From the human T2T-CHM13v2.0 reference genome, Homo sapiens, in assembly GCF_009914755.1 (NCBI RefSeq), contig NC_060945.1: a stretch of 64,000 nt of DNA. One strand, 5' to 3'. Numbering within the stretch: the stretch's first letter is position 1; every line of letters starts with the position of its first letter. The notes beneath the pieces were generated by a model, which was not told where the DNA came from, searched no databases, and saw only the letters and a list, made by a program, of their open reading frames with translations. Shown piece after piece: positions 46,762 through 59,462 of the stretch. The translations under genes were made by a program, and so were the position numbers.

Positions 46762-48595
46762 GGTGTGTGTGCATGTGTATGTGCTGTGGAATCCGTGTGG
46801 AGTGTGTATGTGTGTGATGTGCTTCTGTGTGATGTATGTGTGTGTGGTGTGTGTGTATGTATGTGTGAGGTATGTGTGTTGCGTGTGATATGTATATGTG
46901 TGATGTATGTTTGTATGTGATGTATGTGTGTGGTGTGTATGCATGTGTGGTGTGTGTATGTGTGTGTGATGTGTATGTGTGTATGGTGTACGTGTGTGTG
47001 TAGTATATGTGTGTTTGTGATATGTATTTGTGTGATGTTTGTGTATGATGTGTGTGATATGTATGTGATGTGTGTGTGATATGTATGTCTGTGATGTGTT
47101 TGTGTGTGATGTATGTATGGTGTGTATATGTGTGATGTATGTGTGGTATGTGATGTATGTGTGTGATGTGTGGTGTGTATTTGTGTGATATGTGTGTGGT
47201 GTGTGTACTATGTGCGTATGTGTGTGCTATGTGTATGTGTGGTGTGTCTAATTCATAGTATGTGTATGTGTGTGTGGTGTGTGTGATATGTGTGTGATGT
47301 GTTTGCATGTAATGTGTGGGGTATGTGATATACATGTATGTGTGTGGCATGTGTGATATGTGCTTGTGCATGTGTGCAGTGTGTGGTGTGTGTGTATGTG
47401 AATGTGTGTGGCGTGTATGTGTGTGGTAAACAGGTGTATGTGTGTGATGTATGTACACATGATATGTGTATGTGTGTATGTGTATTCATATGATGTGTGT
47501 GGTGTGTGTGAATGTGTGTGATATGTGTGTGATGTGTATGTGTATATGTGTGGTGTGTGTGCATGTGATATGTGTATATGTGTGATGTGTGTGGTGTGCA
47601 TATGTGTGATATGTGTAAATGTGTGATGTGTATTTGGTGTGTGCATGTGGTGTGTGAATGTGTGTGATGCGTGGTGTGGTGTGTGAATGTGTGCGATGTG
47701 TATGTGGTGTGTGTGATATGTGTATGTGTGGGGTGGTGTGTGTGTGATGTGTGTGTGGTGTGTGTGATGTGTGTGTGACGTCTGTGTGGTGTGTGTGTGA
47801 TGTGTGTGGTGGTGTGTGTGTGGTGTGTGTGATATGTGTATGTGTGTGGTGTGGTGTGTGTGATATGTGTATATGTGTGATGTGTGTGTGGTGTGGTGCA
47901 TGTGATATGTGTATGTGATGTGTGTGGTGTGTGTGTGATGTGTGTGGTGTGTGTGTGTGATATGTGTATGTGTGTGATGTGTGTGGTGTGTGATGTGTGT
48001 GTGGTGGCGTGTGTGTGGTGTGTGTGTGATGTGTGTGGTGGCGTGTGTGGTGTGTGTGATGTGTGTGTGGTGTGGTGCATGTGATATGTGTATGTGTGTG
48101 GTGTGTGTGTGATGTGTGTGGTGGTGTGTGTGTGGTGTGGTGCATGTGATATGTGTATGTGTGTGTGGTGTGTGTGTGATGTGTGTGTGGTGTGTGTGTG
48201 ATGTGTGTGGTCTGTGTGATGTGTGTGTGATGTGTGTGGTGTGTATGTGATGTGTGTGTGATGTGTGTGTGGTGGTGTGTGTGATGTGTGTGGTGTGTGT
48301 GTGGTGTGATGTGTGTGTGGTGGTGTGTGTTGATGTGTGTGTGGTGGTGTGCGTGGTGTGATGTGTGTGTGATATGTGTATGTGTGTGATGTGTGTAGTG
48401 GTGTGGTGTGGTGTGTGATATGTGTGTGTGATGTGTGTGGTGGTGGTGTGGTGTGTGATATGTGTATGTGTGTGATGTGTGTGGTTGTGTGTGTGGCATG
48501 ATGTGTGTGTGGTGTGGTGTGTGATATGTGTATGTATGTGGTGTGTGTGTGGTGTGTGTGTGATGTGTGTGTGCGATGTGCGTGTGGTGTGCATT
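46762..48595 (+). repeat. TG-rich degenerate simple repeat (~1.8 kb)
   Basis: (TG)n with GTGAT/GTGGT/GTAT interruptions. Confidence 0.96.
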
Positions 48596-49323
48596 TGTTT
48601 GGGGGAGGGCTGTGCATTTCTGCTCTCAGCTTGGCCCCCAGCAGCCAGCAGGGACTGCTCTCCTCTGGGCCCCCACACACACGCAGTGGCGCCCCAGCTC
48701 CACACCTCTTTCCTGCATTCACGCTGCCCCCTCGCAGCCCTCCCAAAGGGCCACCAGGCACAGGGCCATGGGCATGCTGGTGACCGGGCACAGCTTCTCC
48801 AGCCTGGAGCCTTCCCGTCCTTGGTGCCGTCCTGCACCCGCAGTCTGTGCCGGGGAGCTCAGCGCCCTGCCACTCCGTGTGTCCAGTAGCCCCCGGACCG
48901 CGGTGCTGGCATGCTGCTGCTCCACCGTGGTTGTGGTTTGGACAGGACTGCTCACAGGATCAGCACAGCATGCTCTGCCTGCCGCAGAGGGATAGCGACC
49001 CGAGAGAGAAGGAACAGCAGTAGCATCGTGCGTGGGTGCAGCAGTGGAGCCTGCTGGGGTGGAGTTGAAGCTGCTCTCTGGCAGGCCCTCTTTGAGCAGC
49101 TGACAAGCACCCTCCGTGTAGTGTCCATACCAGCAGAGTGAGTGCCACCAGCTCCTTTGGGGGCCTTTAGGCCAGAGGTGTGCAAGGGTAGACCTGCTGA
49201 GCTCCAGGAGAGAGCCTGTGTGGGCCAGGGCTGCTGACACGGCAGCCACAGAGCTGGCGGTTAGTGGGGCAGCTGTGGCATGCGGTGGGGCCGACCCCAC
49301 AGAGCCTCCCTAGCTGGAGCGGC

Positions 49324-49604
49324 CTGGAGCACCCCTGGCTCTCCACGATGGCCGGCCCCGGGACTCGGGAGTGGACAAGCTGGAGCGCCCCTGGCTCTCC
49401 ACGATGGCCGGCCCCGGGACTCGGGAGTGGACAAGCTGGAGCGCCCCTGGCTCTCCACGATGGCCGACCCCAGGACTCGGGAGTGGACAAGCTGGAGCGC
49501 CCCTGGCTCTCCACGATGGCCGGCCCCGGGACTCGGGAGTGGACAAGCTGGAGCGCCCCTGGCTCTCCACGATGGCCGGCCCCGGGACTCGGGAGTGGAC
49601 AAGC
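49324..49604 (+). repeat. 56-bp VNTR x5
   Basis: Unit ctggagcgcccctggctctccacgatggccggccccgggactcgggagtggacaag at 56-bp spacing. Confidence 0.96.
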
Positions 49605-52600
49605 AGACTCCTCCACCTCCACCTGTCCTTTCAGTATTTAAGTGGGGACCCGCAACGGGCGGGAAAGGAGAGACCAGTGCTGACGGAGCTAGGGACGCCA
49701 ACAGATGTGAGAGCCACGTCTGTGCATTTCCAGGAGGCCCCATCATCTGGATGTCAGGCAGGGAGGAAGGGAACCTGCCGTGGCAACCCACCTGCTGGGT
49801 GCATCCTGTTCTCTGGGTGTGGGACTTCTGACTCGTTCACCTGGGAGGCCAGAGGGCAGTACACACAAGCCCTCCTGACCTTGGCTTTGTTCCCAGCCTT
49901 TGATCATAGGTTTGCAAACTCCTAGGCTCCCCAGGTACCATAAACGCAGAGACTGGCCTAGTCCTAGGTGGTCCGGGGGGTGGCAATTGGGAGAGAGGGG
50001 GCTAAAAAGAAGCCTCTGTGAGCCAGACTCAGTTCCTACGCTCCCCATTTGTGACTGCAGCTACAGTGGACGGTTTTGCCCCCTTAATTTACATTTTAAT
50101 GGTGTATTTCTCATGATTTATGTTCTTGAATTTTCAACATAAAACACTTATCAGAGGTCGTTGGTTGCAGGGAGACTAAATGCATGTGTATTTATTTTCC
50201 AGTCCAGTAAAGTAGGAAGGCAGGTGCTTGCTAAACTGTGGCAGAGGTGGGACACCAAGAAATTTGGGGTCCTAAGTAAATAAAGGCTTGGTGGGCTGGG
50301 CCAAGCCTGTCCCACCACTCTCTTTCTCTTACGGGAATACTCTGCTGAACAGCTCCACATGTTTAAATCCATCTCTACACTCTACAGATATTACAGAGGA
50401 TTACTCATGTCAACAGAGAGGTTTCAGGTGGCCCTAATAAAAAAGCAGCAAATGGATATAAAGTCAGTCTTAAGGTGTTACTTGTCGGTAGGCAAAGCAA
50501 GGGCATCTGCAGCACGCCCCACCTGTGCTGGTCTGCCCAGCAGCTGGTGGGCTTTCTTTGTGGGATTTGGAAGCTTTGCATTTCCCCCTCCAGTCTCTTC
50601 CTGAGAACCCAGCAGAGGTTGGAGGGAGGGTGGCAGTGACGTGGTGGCTCGGCACCAAAACAAAGAGTTGTTCTAATTTTAGAGTCTTAATGGTGCCCGT
50701 TGAGGCACACAGAGAAGGGGCGGAATTCTGGCTACCTCTGAGCTGAAAGTCTTCCCAAAATAAAAGGAAGGTCTGGATGACCCGTGACGTTTCTGGTGCA
50801 TGTGTGAGGTGTGTGCATTTCTTCTTTATGCAAAATATAAGAAAACTTACATATAAAAAAGACAAGGGGGGAGTGCTCTGTGTGCAGTGGGGGAGGGGCC
50901 CAGAAGCAGAGGAGGACTGCTCCCCAGGGCTGAGAGGCACCTGAGGGCGCCAGGGTGGCAGCAGGAGCTCTTTCCTCCCTCTCTGTCTCTGTCTCTCTCT
51001 TTCTCTCTCTCTCTGTCAGCAGTGACTCATGGACCCCAGGGCCTGAGATGTCTATCCCAGTTGTGGAGATGCCAGTCTGAGGGGCAGGCCAAGGATTCAT
51101 TTGCTTCTTAGCGTGAAGAGCTGAGAGGACACAGGACCCATCCCTCGTCCATTAGGGATCATGAGGGCAACTGGGGGAGTTCTGGGTGCTTCTCCACAGC
51201 CAGATATTAGAGACCCTGTGATTATTTTCTGCTAAAACCAGGGCACACTGCCAGAGAAGCCGATGGGCTGCTCTATGTGAGACTCCATCCAATTCACTTC
51301 CAGGATGTTTTACCCTTTGGGGCAGAGCCATCTGCTTCCGTGCATGGCTTGAATCCAGCTTACCAACATTGATAACTTTTTGTGCCTATGACAGGGACAG
51401 ATGTCACTGCCAGCCCCTCATGTCGGCAGAGCAGGCACTCCCCATCCTCTCTGTGTTCATTCTATGCTGGGGAAGGGGGCTGGACACTGAAGGAGTGGCC
51501 GGGATGCAGAAGCAGTGCAGAGTGTGCTTCTGGGAGACACCCGGAAATCAGGGCAGCTGTGGGGCACAGGGCAAGGGTTACCTTGCCAGCCCCGAAGAGG
51601 AGAGGTGGCTGCAGCCCCACCTACACCAGATGCCTCTCTCCGTCCGTCCTGGGTGTCTCTTTCCATGCTCCACTCATGCCCACTGCCCTTCCAGATCACA
51701 TTTCCAGGAAGTGCCCTGTTCTGGGTGTCACCATCACCCAAGCTGGGGGCACCTTGCAAGCCTTCTGGCCATGGCTTGCTGTCTCTCTGCAGGGTCCCAG
51801 GCCCAGGCCAGGGGCCAGTCAGGCAGTGCCGCATGTGGGAGCTGCCTCTTCAGCAGGGGGACAGGGGAGAGGGCATGAGGGGACCCCTGAGCTGCTTCAC
51901 CTAATCCAAGTACAAACACCACAGCACCAGGTAAGTTAGGTCAGGTGCACTTATGATGAGGCTGATATAAAAAGGAGGAAGCGGAAGTGGGAACTATTTT
52001 TAGTTTCTGTATTTCCCTAACCAGGGCAGCTGGCACAGGGATTGGCTTCTTGGTCTCTGATTTCCACTCCAGCACTTTGGCCATCAGAGGATCCTGTGTG
52101 AGCTCAGCTGAGCCAGCCCCAACACCCCCCAGCAGCTTTTGGTGGGCAGTGGCAGCGGTCCCTGTGCAGGGCAGGAGCCTGGGGAAGCAGGGGCTGGGTG
52201 CTGCTGGTCCCTGGAAGAAGGACTTCTACCCCAGTGCTTTGTGAAGAGGACATGAGGGCAAAGTACTAATTTGCCCCTAGGTAACATGTGTGCTGGGGTT
52301 GTAGGCTGAGGTAAGGGTATGAATTCTGCCTGAGGAAAGGCTCAGCCTGGAGTGTAGTCCTGCTGAAGGCCAGAGACCACACACTCCACCCAGACTCCGG
52401 ATCTCCCTCCCCAGCAGGGGGATGGAGGCCCTGCCGCTGGGAGTGCTGGTGTTATGTGGAAGGGCTGGGCTTCTCCAGGGCTCCTGGGAGGCCTAAACAT
52501 CTTGCAAGGTTTTGACGTTAATTACTATTATGATTGCTTTCTGTGTGTTACTGTTTTCCCCACACTTTAGCCAGCTAATGTGGAGCTACAGAAGGCCCTC

Positions 52601-53311
52601 GCCCCTACCCCTCCAGATGTCCCAGCCCATGACAAGCAGGAAGGCCGGGTGCTGGGAGACTTCCTGGGGCTGGATCTGACATCATTCCAAGCAGATGATA
52701 ACCTGCCTTCCCGATTTCCAAACCCACAGCAAGACACCCTGGAGTTATTTATAAATGCGAGCCCCTGGGTGCACTTCTGACGGGACCAGCACCCTGACGG
52801 CCATGAGAGGGTGGAGACAGCGCACCCCGAGCTCAGGGAGGCAGGAAACTCTGGACCTGGAGGCCGGGCACCATGAGGGACACGCTGCAGGCCCAGCTGC
52901 TGCCGCCTGGGGCGGGGCTGCCCTGCAGGCTCCGGGAAAACCCAGAACCAGGCCGGATCAGCGTGTGTCAAGAGGCGGGGCGTGAGAGATGAGCTGCTTT
53001 TTTTCTTCACAGGGTTGGCAGGAACTGCAAATAATAGAGAGTCTTTAGGGTCTAACACGCTGCCCTGAAAACACTATCATTACTTTCCTAATGACTAACT
53101 GTGTCTTTCAGCCGGCGGGGCAGGCAGCTGAGGCCGCAGGCTCCCGCAGAGGACCGGGGGAGGCTGGCAGCCTGTAATCTGGGGGCGCTGACAGTGCTCT
53201 GCCCAGACCCTCGCGCCAGCTCCAGCTCCAGCACAGCAGCCCTGGGTCCCTCTGGCCCCCTGCCCGCAGAGTCCAGGTGTGGCAGAGGCCGCCCAGTATC
53301 CCTTCTCCTCC

Positions 53312-53436
53312 TCCTTTTCTAAAAACAGAGTCTCACGATGTTTCCCATGCGGGTCTCCAACGCCTGGGCTCAAGCGATCCTTCTGCCTCGGCCTCCCAAA
53401 GCGTTGGGATTAAGGGGCGAGCCACCGCGCCCGGCC
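53312..53436 (-). mobile_element. FLAM / Alu left monomer
   Basis: ctgggctcaagcgatccttctgcctcggcctcccaaa...gagccaccgcgcccggcc. Confidence 0.8.
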
Positions 53437-53539
53437 CACCTTCCCTTCTGGTTCATTTCCAGTAAGGTCCTGTCCACAGCGTCCTTCCCAGCATTCCCAC
53501 CAGGCTGCAGGCCTTGGCCTCCCTCCCCTCCATTCTCAT

Positions 53540-56100
53540 TCTCCCCGAAACCGCCAAGCGCGTCCAAAGCACGGGTTCGCCAAGCGCCCCCCCCGCCCCA
53601 CTCCACATTCCCTTCCCCGCCGACTCAGCCTCCGTAGCTCGCGGACGGCCCCTCCTCACGCCAGCCCAGGCTTTTTTTTTTTTTTTTTTCTATTTTAAGG
53701 TTGTCTTTTAATGACACAAGCGACATTTGGAGACAAAAGGACACATCTCTTCCTGACCCACCTCCAACCCCAGCTGACGGCCGCCCTGAGCCTGGCGTAG
53801 ACGGCCCGGAACGTTCCCTGCGTGGGTTCCGTCCATCCCGAACCCCTGTCCCCGCGCCGGCTCCGGGGGTGCTCGGGGGGCCGCGTGGGGTCTGTGACGT
53901 CGCCTCGAGGCTGCATCCCGGTGACCCGGCAGCCCCTGGCGCTCGCGGGAGGCGGGCGGGCGCGGACCCCAGGCTTTAGGGCGCGATTCCTGCAGCTGGC
54001 TGCCGGCCCGAGGTTCTGGGGTGTCTGAGGTCTCGGGCGGGGCGAGGACGTTTCTCCGGCTCAGCCCCCCCACCTCCTGCCCTGCCGCCCCCCACACCCA
54101 GCTCCCCACGGACGCCAAGAGGCGCCTCCCACCCCGGCGAGGACCCGCGGGGAAACGGGGCCCAGGCGCGGCGACTGCGGAGGACGCGCCTCGGCCCCAG
54201 CGCCCTGGTCCTCGGGGCGTCCGGCTGCCCTTGCCCGAGGCCGGGGCGGGCGCTCAGCGCCGCGGAAGAAACGCCCGGGCGGGGACGCACAGCGAGGCGG
54301 GCTCCGCGGGAAGTACCGGGAAAACGGCGCGGAGCGGAACAGCCCGGAGCCAGCCCAGAGAAAGGGCGGCCTCCCCCTGCAGCCCCCGGGGCCCAGCAAC
54401 GCCCCGCCCCAGGCCACGGCACGCGAACGCCGGGCGGGCGGAGGGGACAGGGCCGCGGGACCAGCGCGGGGCGGGCGGCGTCTGGGCACAGGCTCACGGG
54501 CCGCTCGGGGCCCCTGCCCGCCGGGCGCTGCGGCCCCAGCCTCCGGGCCGGGGCCAGGCCCACAGAGAACGGGAAGCGGGCGCTGCAGGGGGACCTTCGG
54601 GGTTGCGGCACGGCTGGGAATTCAACGGCCATTCCCGTCCCGTCGGGCCCACCCGCCCGCCCGCCAAATCCCCGCCCACCGCGGATCCGCCCCGTCCACC
54701 AAGGTCTCGCTCACCAACGGCCCGCCCCGCCCACCACAGGCCTGGCCCGCCCACGAAGGCTCGCCCCGCCCATCCACGGCCCTGCCCACCACAGGCCCGC
54801 CCCAAGCCTGGGCCCCGCCCCAGCAAGGGCACTAATCCCCTAACCCCCGAGCCCCGCCCACTGCTCTTGCCCTTCTCCCGCCCGCCCCGACTTAGGCCTC
54901 TCCCCGGCCTGGCCTCCCGTACTCAGCCCCGCCCCTGCCCCGCCCCCACCCCACCCCAAATGTGACCTGCCCCTCCCACTGCCCGTCCCCTCCCCGCTTC
55001 ACTTCATTAGGGCCCCGCCCCGATTCTTGCCCCGCCCGCTCAATGTCCCGCCTACGACCCCGCCCACTACTAGTGACCGGCCCGCCCGTTCGAGGCCCCG
55101 CCTCCTCCCCGCCCAATGCTCGGCCCCGCCCCGCGCGTCATTGGGCCAGGTCCCCGCCCCGCCCCCAGCCCCACCCCCGCCCCTTTGACTGGAGTTGGCT
55201 TTTTCCAGAGAACTTTCCGGGCTCGGATTGGCCGCGCCGGTTGATGTTCCGCCCTTTCATTGGCCCGCGGCGCCCGCTTTCGCGAGCCTGCCCTTGGGCG
55301 GGGGCGGGGCCGGCGGCGGCGCGCGGCGCTAGATTGGTTAGCGGCGCAGAGGGGCGGGCCCGCGCCGCGCGCAGCGCTCGGGCTGGAGCGCCTGAAGCCG
55401 CGACCGCCGCCTCAGCCGCCTCAGCCGCGGTCGCCGCCGCTTCGGCTGACTTAGGCTCCGCCGCCGCCTCCTCACCCGCCTCGCCCCGACCCCGCCCGGG
55501 CCTCCCGGCCTCTCCCCGCCGGCCCGCGGGCTCGCCGTCCGGCGCAGGGCAGGTGAGTGAGCGGTGGCGGGCGGGGTCGGGGTCGGGCGCCCTTGCGGGT
55601 TACGGGGACCCAGTCCCCGACGGAGGCCGAGTGACGGGGCGACCCCGGGCCGCGGCAAACTTCGCCCGAGCCGGGGCGGGCGGGGGTCCCGGGCTGGGTC
55701 GCGCCGTCCCCGACCGCCGCCGGCGCCTGCGGCGGCCCGGGGCAGCGAGGGGACTCGCGCTCCCTCAAGGTGCGGTCGCCAGGCCTGGCCCGCCCGCCTC
55801 CGCCCCCTCCCCAAATTCGGAAGTTGCGGCGGGAAGCCGAGAACGTCTCGGATGTGGGTCAGAAAACGTCTGGACTACTTGAGGCTTCAGTTTCAAAACG
55901 GCACAAATTTCATCTCTTGATTGAGAAGAGATCTGGGGAACACCCCGGAGCGGCCGCGGCGGCTGGAGGGCGGCGGGGCGGGGCGCGGGGCCTCCTCCCC
56001 TTGGACGGCCGCCGGGAGAGCGCGGCCTCACCCCTCGGTGACCCTGCGGAGAGCCGCGCGCGGGCGGTGGGGCGCGCGCAGGTCTCTCTTGTTGCTCGCT
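53540..56100. promoter_or_regulatory. Large CpG-island promoter with GC boxes and five CCAAT boxes
   Basis: About 2.5 kb of very high CpG density; many CCCCGCCC; CCAAT 55113 and ATTGG at 55140, 55227, 55259 and 55333; no TATA box seen. Confidence 0.92.
55350..55552 (+). other. PCBP3: Non-coding first (5'UTR) exon of a gene continuing beyond the window; tentatively PCBP3
   Basis: Lies just downstream of the CCAAT/GC boxes, is GCC-rich, has no ATG and ends at a strong donor GCAG|GTGAGT. The gene identity is recall of the 21q22.3 context only and no coding exon is in the window. Confidence 0.45.
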
Positions 56101-57733
56101 GTGTTTTATTTTAATTTTGGGGGTGGTTAGAACGTGTTTCTTATTGTCCCCACACGTGTTCTAATTGGAAGTCTTGTTTCGTGAAAGAGTTTTTTTCTTT
56201 TTTTTTGCCTGGTGATGTTTTCCAATTCCCTCCGCGCCACTCTGAAGTATATTACTGGCATAAGAAATTTGAAAGTTAACCAAAAGTCGGGTCCTAAATC
56301 TCGTGGCTCGGGGTTGGTTATCTTCCACCGTCCTTCAGAGCAGCCTGGATTTGCAGGTCTTGTTAGCCCTCCATGTGAGCCAGTAGCACTCTTAGTTGTT
56401 GAGTGTTTGTAGAGTGGGATTCGCCAGAAGGAATCTTGAGCAGCAGGGCCTTGCGGAGAGGCCTTTAGAGATTTGACTGGGCAACTTATAGACTCCCCCC
56501 ATTTCAAAAATATTCCTCTGGCACAGGCCCTCACATATCCCTCTGAAATTGAACTCACTTTCAGGGGCAAACTGTTGCCCTTTTTCTTTTGTTTGGACTT
56601 TCTCAGATGTGGATCCCAAAGGAGTGTGCAAGGGTGCTTCCCTATTTAAGAGAACTAACTCCCAGTCCTCCTCATATTCAAGAATAATTCATCATCTTAA
56701 AGCGTGTCAGAGATACCTATTTTGGCCCCAAAAGGAGTGTTTGTAGAACAGTGGCACTCTAAAGGGATCATTTGCAAGATCTGAAAGGACCTAATTGATC
56801 ATCACACGACAGAAGCAGAAATAGTTCTGGTGTTTTCAGGCTTGGAGATCTGTCAGAAAACATGGGGCCTTAAAACTAACAAGTGCAGTGACCGACTAAC
56901 TGATGTCTCACTTTCGAGCAGTATTTTTTTTTTTGCTTGTATATAGATGCTGTTGTTTATACAGTGCAAGTTCATTACGAATGGTTTAGAACTTACGTAG
57001 CTTCACGTATTTTCTTAGTTGATAATATTATAAGGTTTTGAAAAAGTTTTGATGATAAATGGGGTCTTTATAACTGAAAAAAATGGACTCTGTCTAGAAT
57101 TCAGGGCTTTTTGGCTGGCGTTGCCCCAGGTGCTGCTGATTAGTGGTGCTTTTGGACCTCAAAACATCACTTTCCCAGATATCTTTATAATGCTCATGGT
57201 GGGGGAAAACCCACACAGCTTTGTGGTTACGTTTTTAGCTATTTATGCGAAAAAGTTCAACATATAGTTGTATTTTGCTAGCTGTTTTGAAGAAGCTATT
57301 CTTTACCCTATTGTTCTGAGGAGGCTGACAGCATGCTGCATTTATAAATTTGAAAAAGCCTCACGAGCTTCTTGAACCAATCTAGCTATTCAGATTTGGA
57401 TTCTGTGTATCAGTTTTGATTATTTCAGTTCCTGTGTCAATGGCAGAATCATTTCTATTTTTACAAAAGTCTCATGGCTTTATTGTAAAGGTGAACACTG
57501 AAACAGATTTTAGTAGATGTAAGTTGTGTATCCTCTCAGTGAAGAAGGCAGTGCTTTGGGCCATAACCAAGGAAAATACTTGCTCATGTATTGGAATTGC
57601 CCCAACTTAAACATTAGAATAAATGCTGTAGATTTTGGGGCAGCTCTGATGTCTCAGCTCTCATCCCTGGTGGCAGTGACTCAGAGGCAAGGCGTCATGG
57701 GCCCGCTGTCCATGGTGCTGAATCCGTGTCACC

Positions 57734-57847
<114 letters not shown>

Positions 57848-58150
57848 GGGGCAGGGGGAGCTCAAACTTCCTTTCCAGTGTACTTTAAAATTAATTTCAG
57901 AATTCATATTATTAAATAAAATTTGATCAGGGAAATTATGTTGAATGGGAGCGTGTCTTGAAAACACGCCATTTTATTCTTCTTTTTAAGGAGGATAATT
58001 ATGCTACAACATTCAATTTCCTTTGCTTAGTCTTCACTGTCTCTCTAGGTGGGAGTTTTGTTGCTTGAGTATGGGCATCAAGTAACAAATCACTGACATT
58101 AAATGAAACCCTGTTTTCTTAACAACCATTCCTTTAAGAAAGTACCAGTT

Positions 58151-58452
58151 TGTTTTAGTTTGTTTTCTTTTGCTTATAACAGAATACCTGAAACTAGGTA
58201 ATTTACAAAGCAAAGGAATTTATTTCTTATAGTCATGGAGGCTGAGAAGTCTAAGGTCCGGGGGCCAAAGCCACCAGCTCCACTCCCATGACAACCCACT
58301 AATCCATTAACCCATGAATGGATTAATCCATTTTATGAGGGCAGAGCCCTCTTGATCCAATCACCTCTTAAAGGTCCCACCTCTCAATACTGCTTCTGCA
58401 TTGAGGATTACATTTCAGCATGAGTTTTGGAGGGGATATTCTAATCATAGCA
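58151..58452 (-). mobile_element. MSTC/MSTD-like LTR
   Basis: ataacagaatacctgaaactaggtaattta...tccaatcacctcttaaaggtcccacctctcaatactg...catgagttttggagggga. Confidence 0.8.
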
Positions 58453-59462
58453 CCTTTATTACAATATAGACATACATCTGTAGGCATATATCTATGTAGG
58501 GGCAACTTGTTCCCAAAAGGGTTGACTCTAGCATGTTTTGCATTCTCCAGCATGTTGGTTCTCAGCCTTTCCTGGCGATGGGATCTGTTTATGTGTTGGG
58601 CTACTGAGTGGTTGCCAGGCATTCCTGTTGTGTTAGAGCTATATCTACTCTCTTTTCTCTAATATTGAGGACATCTTTGTAAATCATTTTACATGAATCT
58701 TTTCTTTCTCTTGAGGTTAATGTTGTCAGTTACTTTAGAATTGCCCCACAGGTTAGCAGTAAAAAAAAACAAAAAAGATAGATGTCACTTGTGGTACAGA
58801 GATGTCACATGGTAGTAAGTTGTATATCAAGCTAAGCAGTGGATTGTTGAGGTGCTTTTTGTTATGATCATCTGAACTGATTCTGTGGCCCCATTTGTTG
58901 TACACTTAACCCAGGTTACTCTTTGACATCTCTTTTGTTGACAGAAACTCAGGAAAACTTCCTTCTGCCTCATCCAAGCTTCAGAAATACTCCCTGATTC
59001 CCTACTGTTTGCCATTTCCTATGCTATGATCTGGGAACCCATGAGGGAATGAGACAGAGTTCTTATTGAAGGGCTCACCTGTTCGGATTGAGGAAGGAAC
59101 ATGTAAACAGATAATTACAGGGGGCCATACTCAGTGCTGCAGTTGGGATACATAGAAAACCAGGCAAACGTGTTGAGGGGCAATTCATTTGGGCCGAGAA
59201 TCAGGGAAAGCTTTAGAGAGGAGGTGGCCTTTGGGCTGGACCCTAGGGCATGAGTTATAATTGGGCATGGATTGGGTATACATTTATTAGAAAAAGACTG
59301 GAAGGTTGGAATAACCGGAGTACAGAGTGTGTAGTGGTGTGGAGGCTGGAGGTATGGAAGCATAGTGAAGGAGTTGGGACCCTGCTGGAAGTGTTAGGGG
59401 CATTGTGAAATGGTTGGAACTTTGTTGGAGATGGAGGGGGGTGAAAGTGGAGGAGGAGTTGC

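Larger units (their letters stand above)
40500..49310 (-). mobile_element. Decayed ERV-L-type internal sequence (gag-pol fossil; ERV3-16A3/HERV-L-like) containing several tandem arrays
   Basis: Minus-strand peptide remnants in the correct gene order: gag VLVSCSKRA (~49100); RT TAAAAADVGSSLGQI..VAVEL/VFSSIP (46430-46320), LHCCILTGPGEQ (~44190), WEPTPRKTQGPT (~44110); connection SKAVPSVPKNHPPFQKQLWACLALAET (~43660); RNase H FVSYVNTLQEASPAEDAIGHQADWM (~43020); integrase DHGIHWRYH..HHPEA (~41880). Confidence 0.8.

Noticed and set aside
46616-48837. His/Thr-rich ORFs of 280-529 aa (and similar ORFs at 1569-3161)
   Set aside because: They are translations of (TG)/(CA) simple repeats.
49324-49604. 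CTCF site array (gcgcccctgg in each unit)
   Set aside because: The reverse complement CCAGGGGCGC is one G short of the CTCF core and the upstream bases do not match.
53976-55882. Pro/Arg/Ala-rich ORFs of 218-314 aa in the CpG island
   Set aside because: Stop-codon scarcity in very GC-rich DNA; no recognisable domain; the 306-aa ORF runs through the promoter and across the splice donor.
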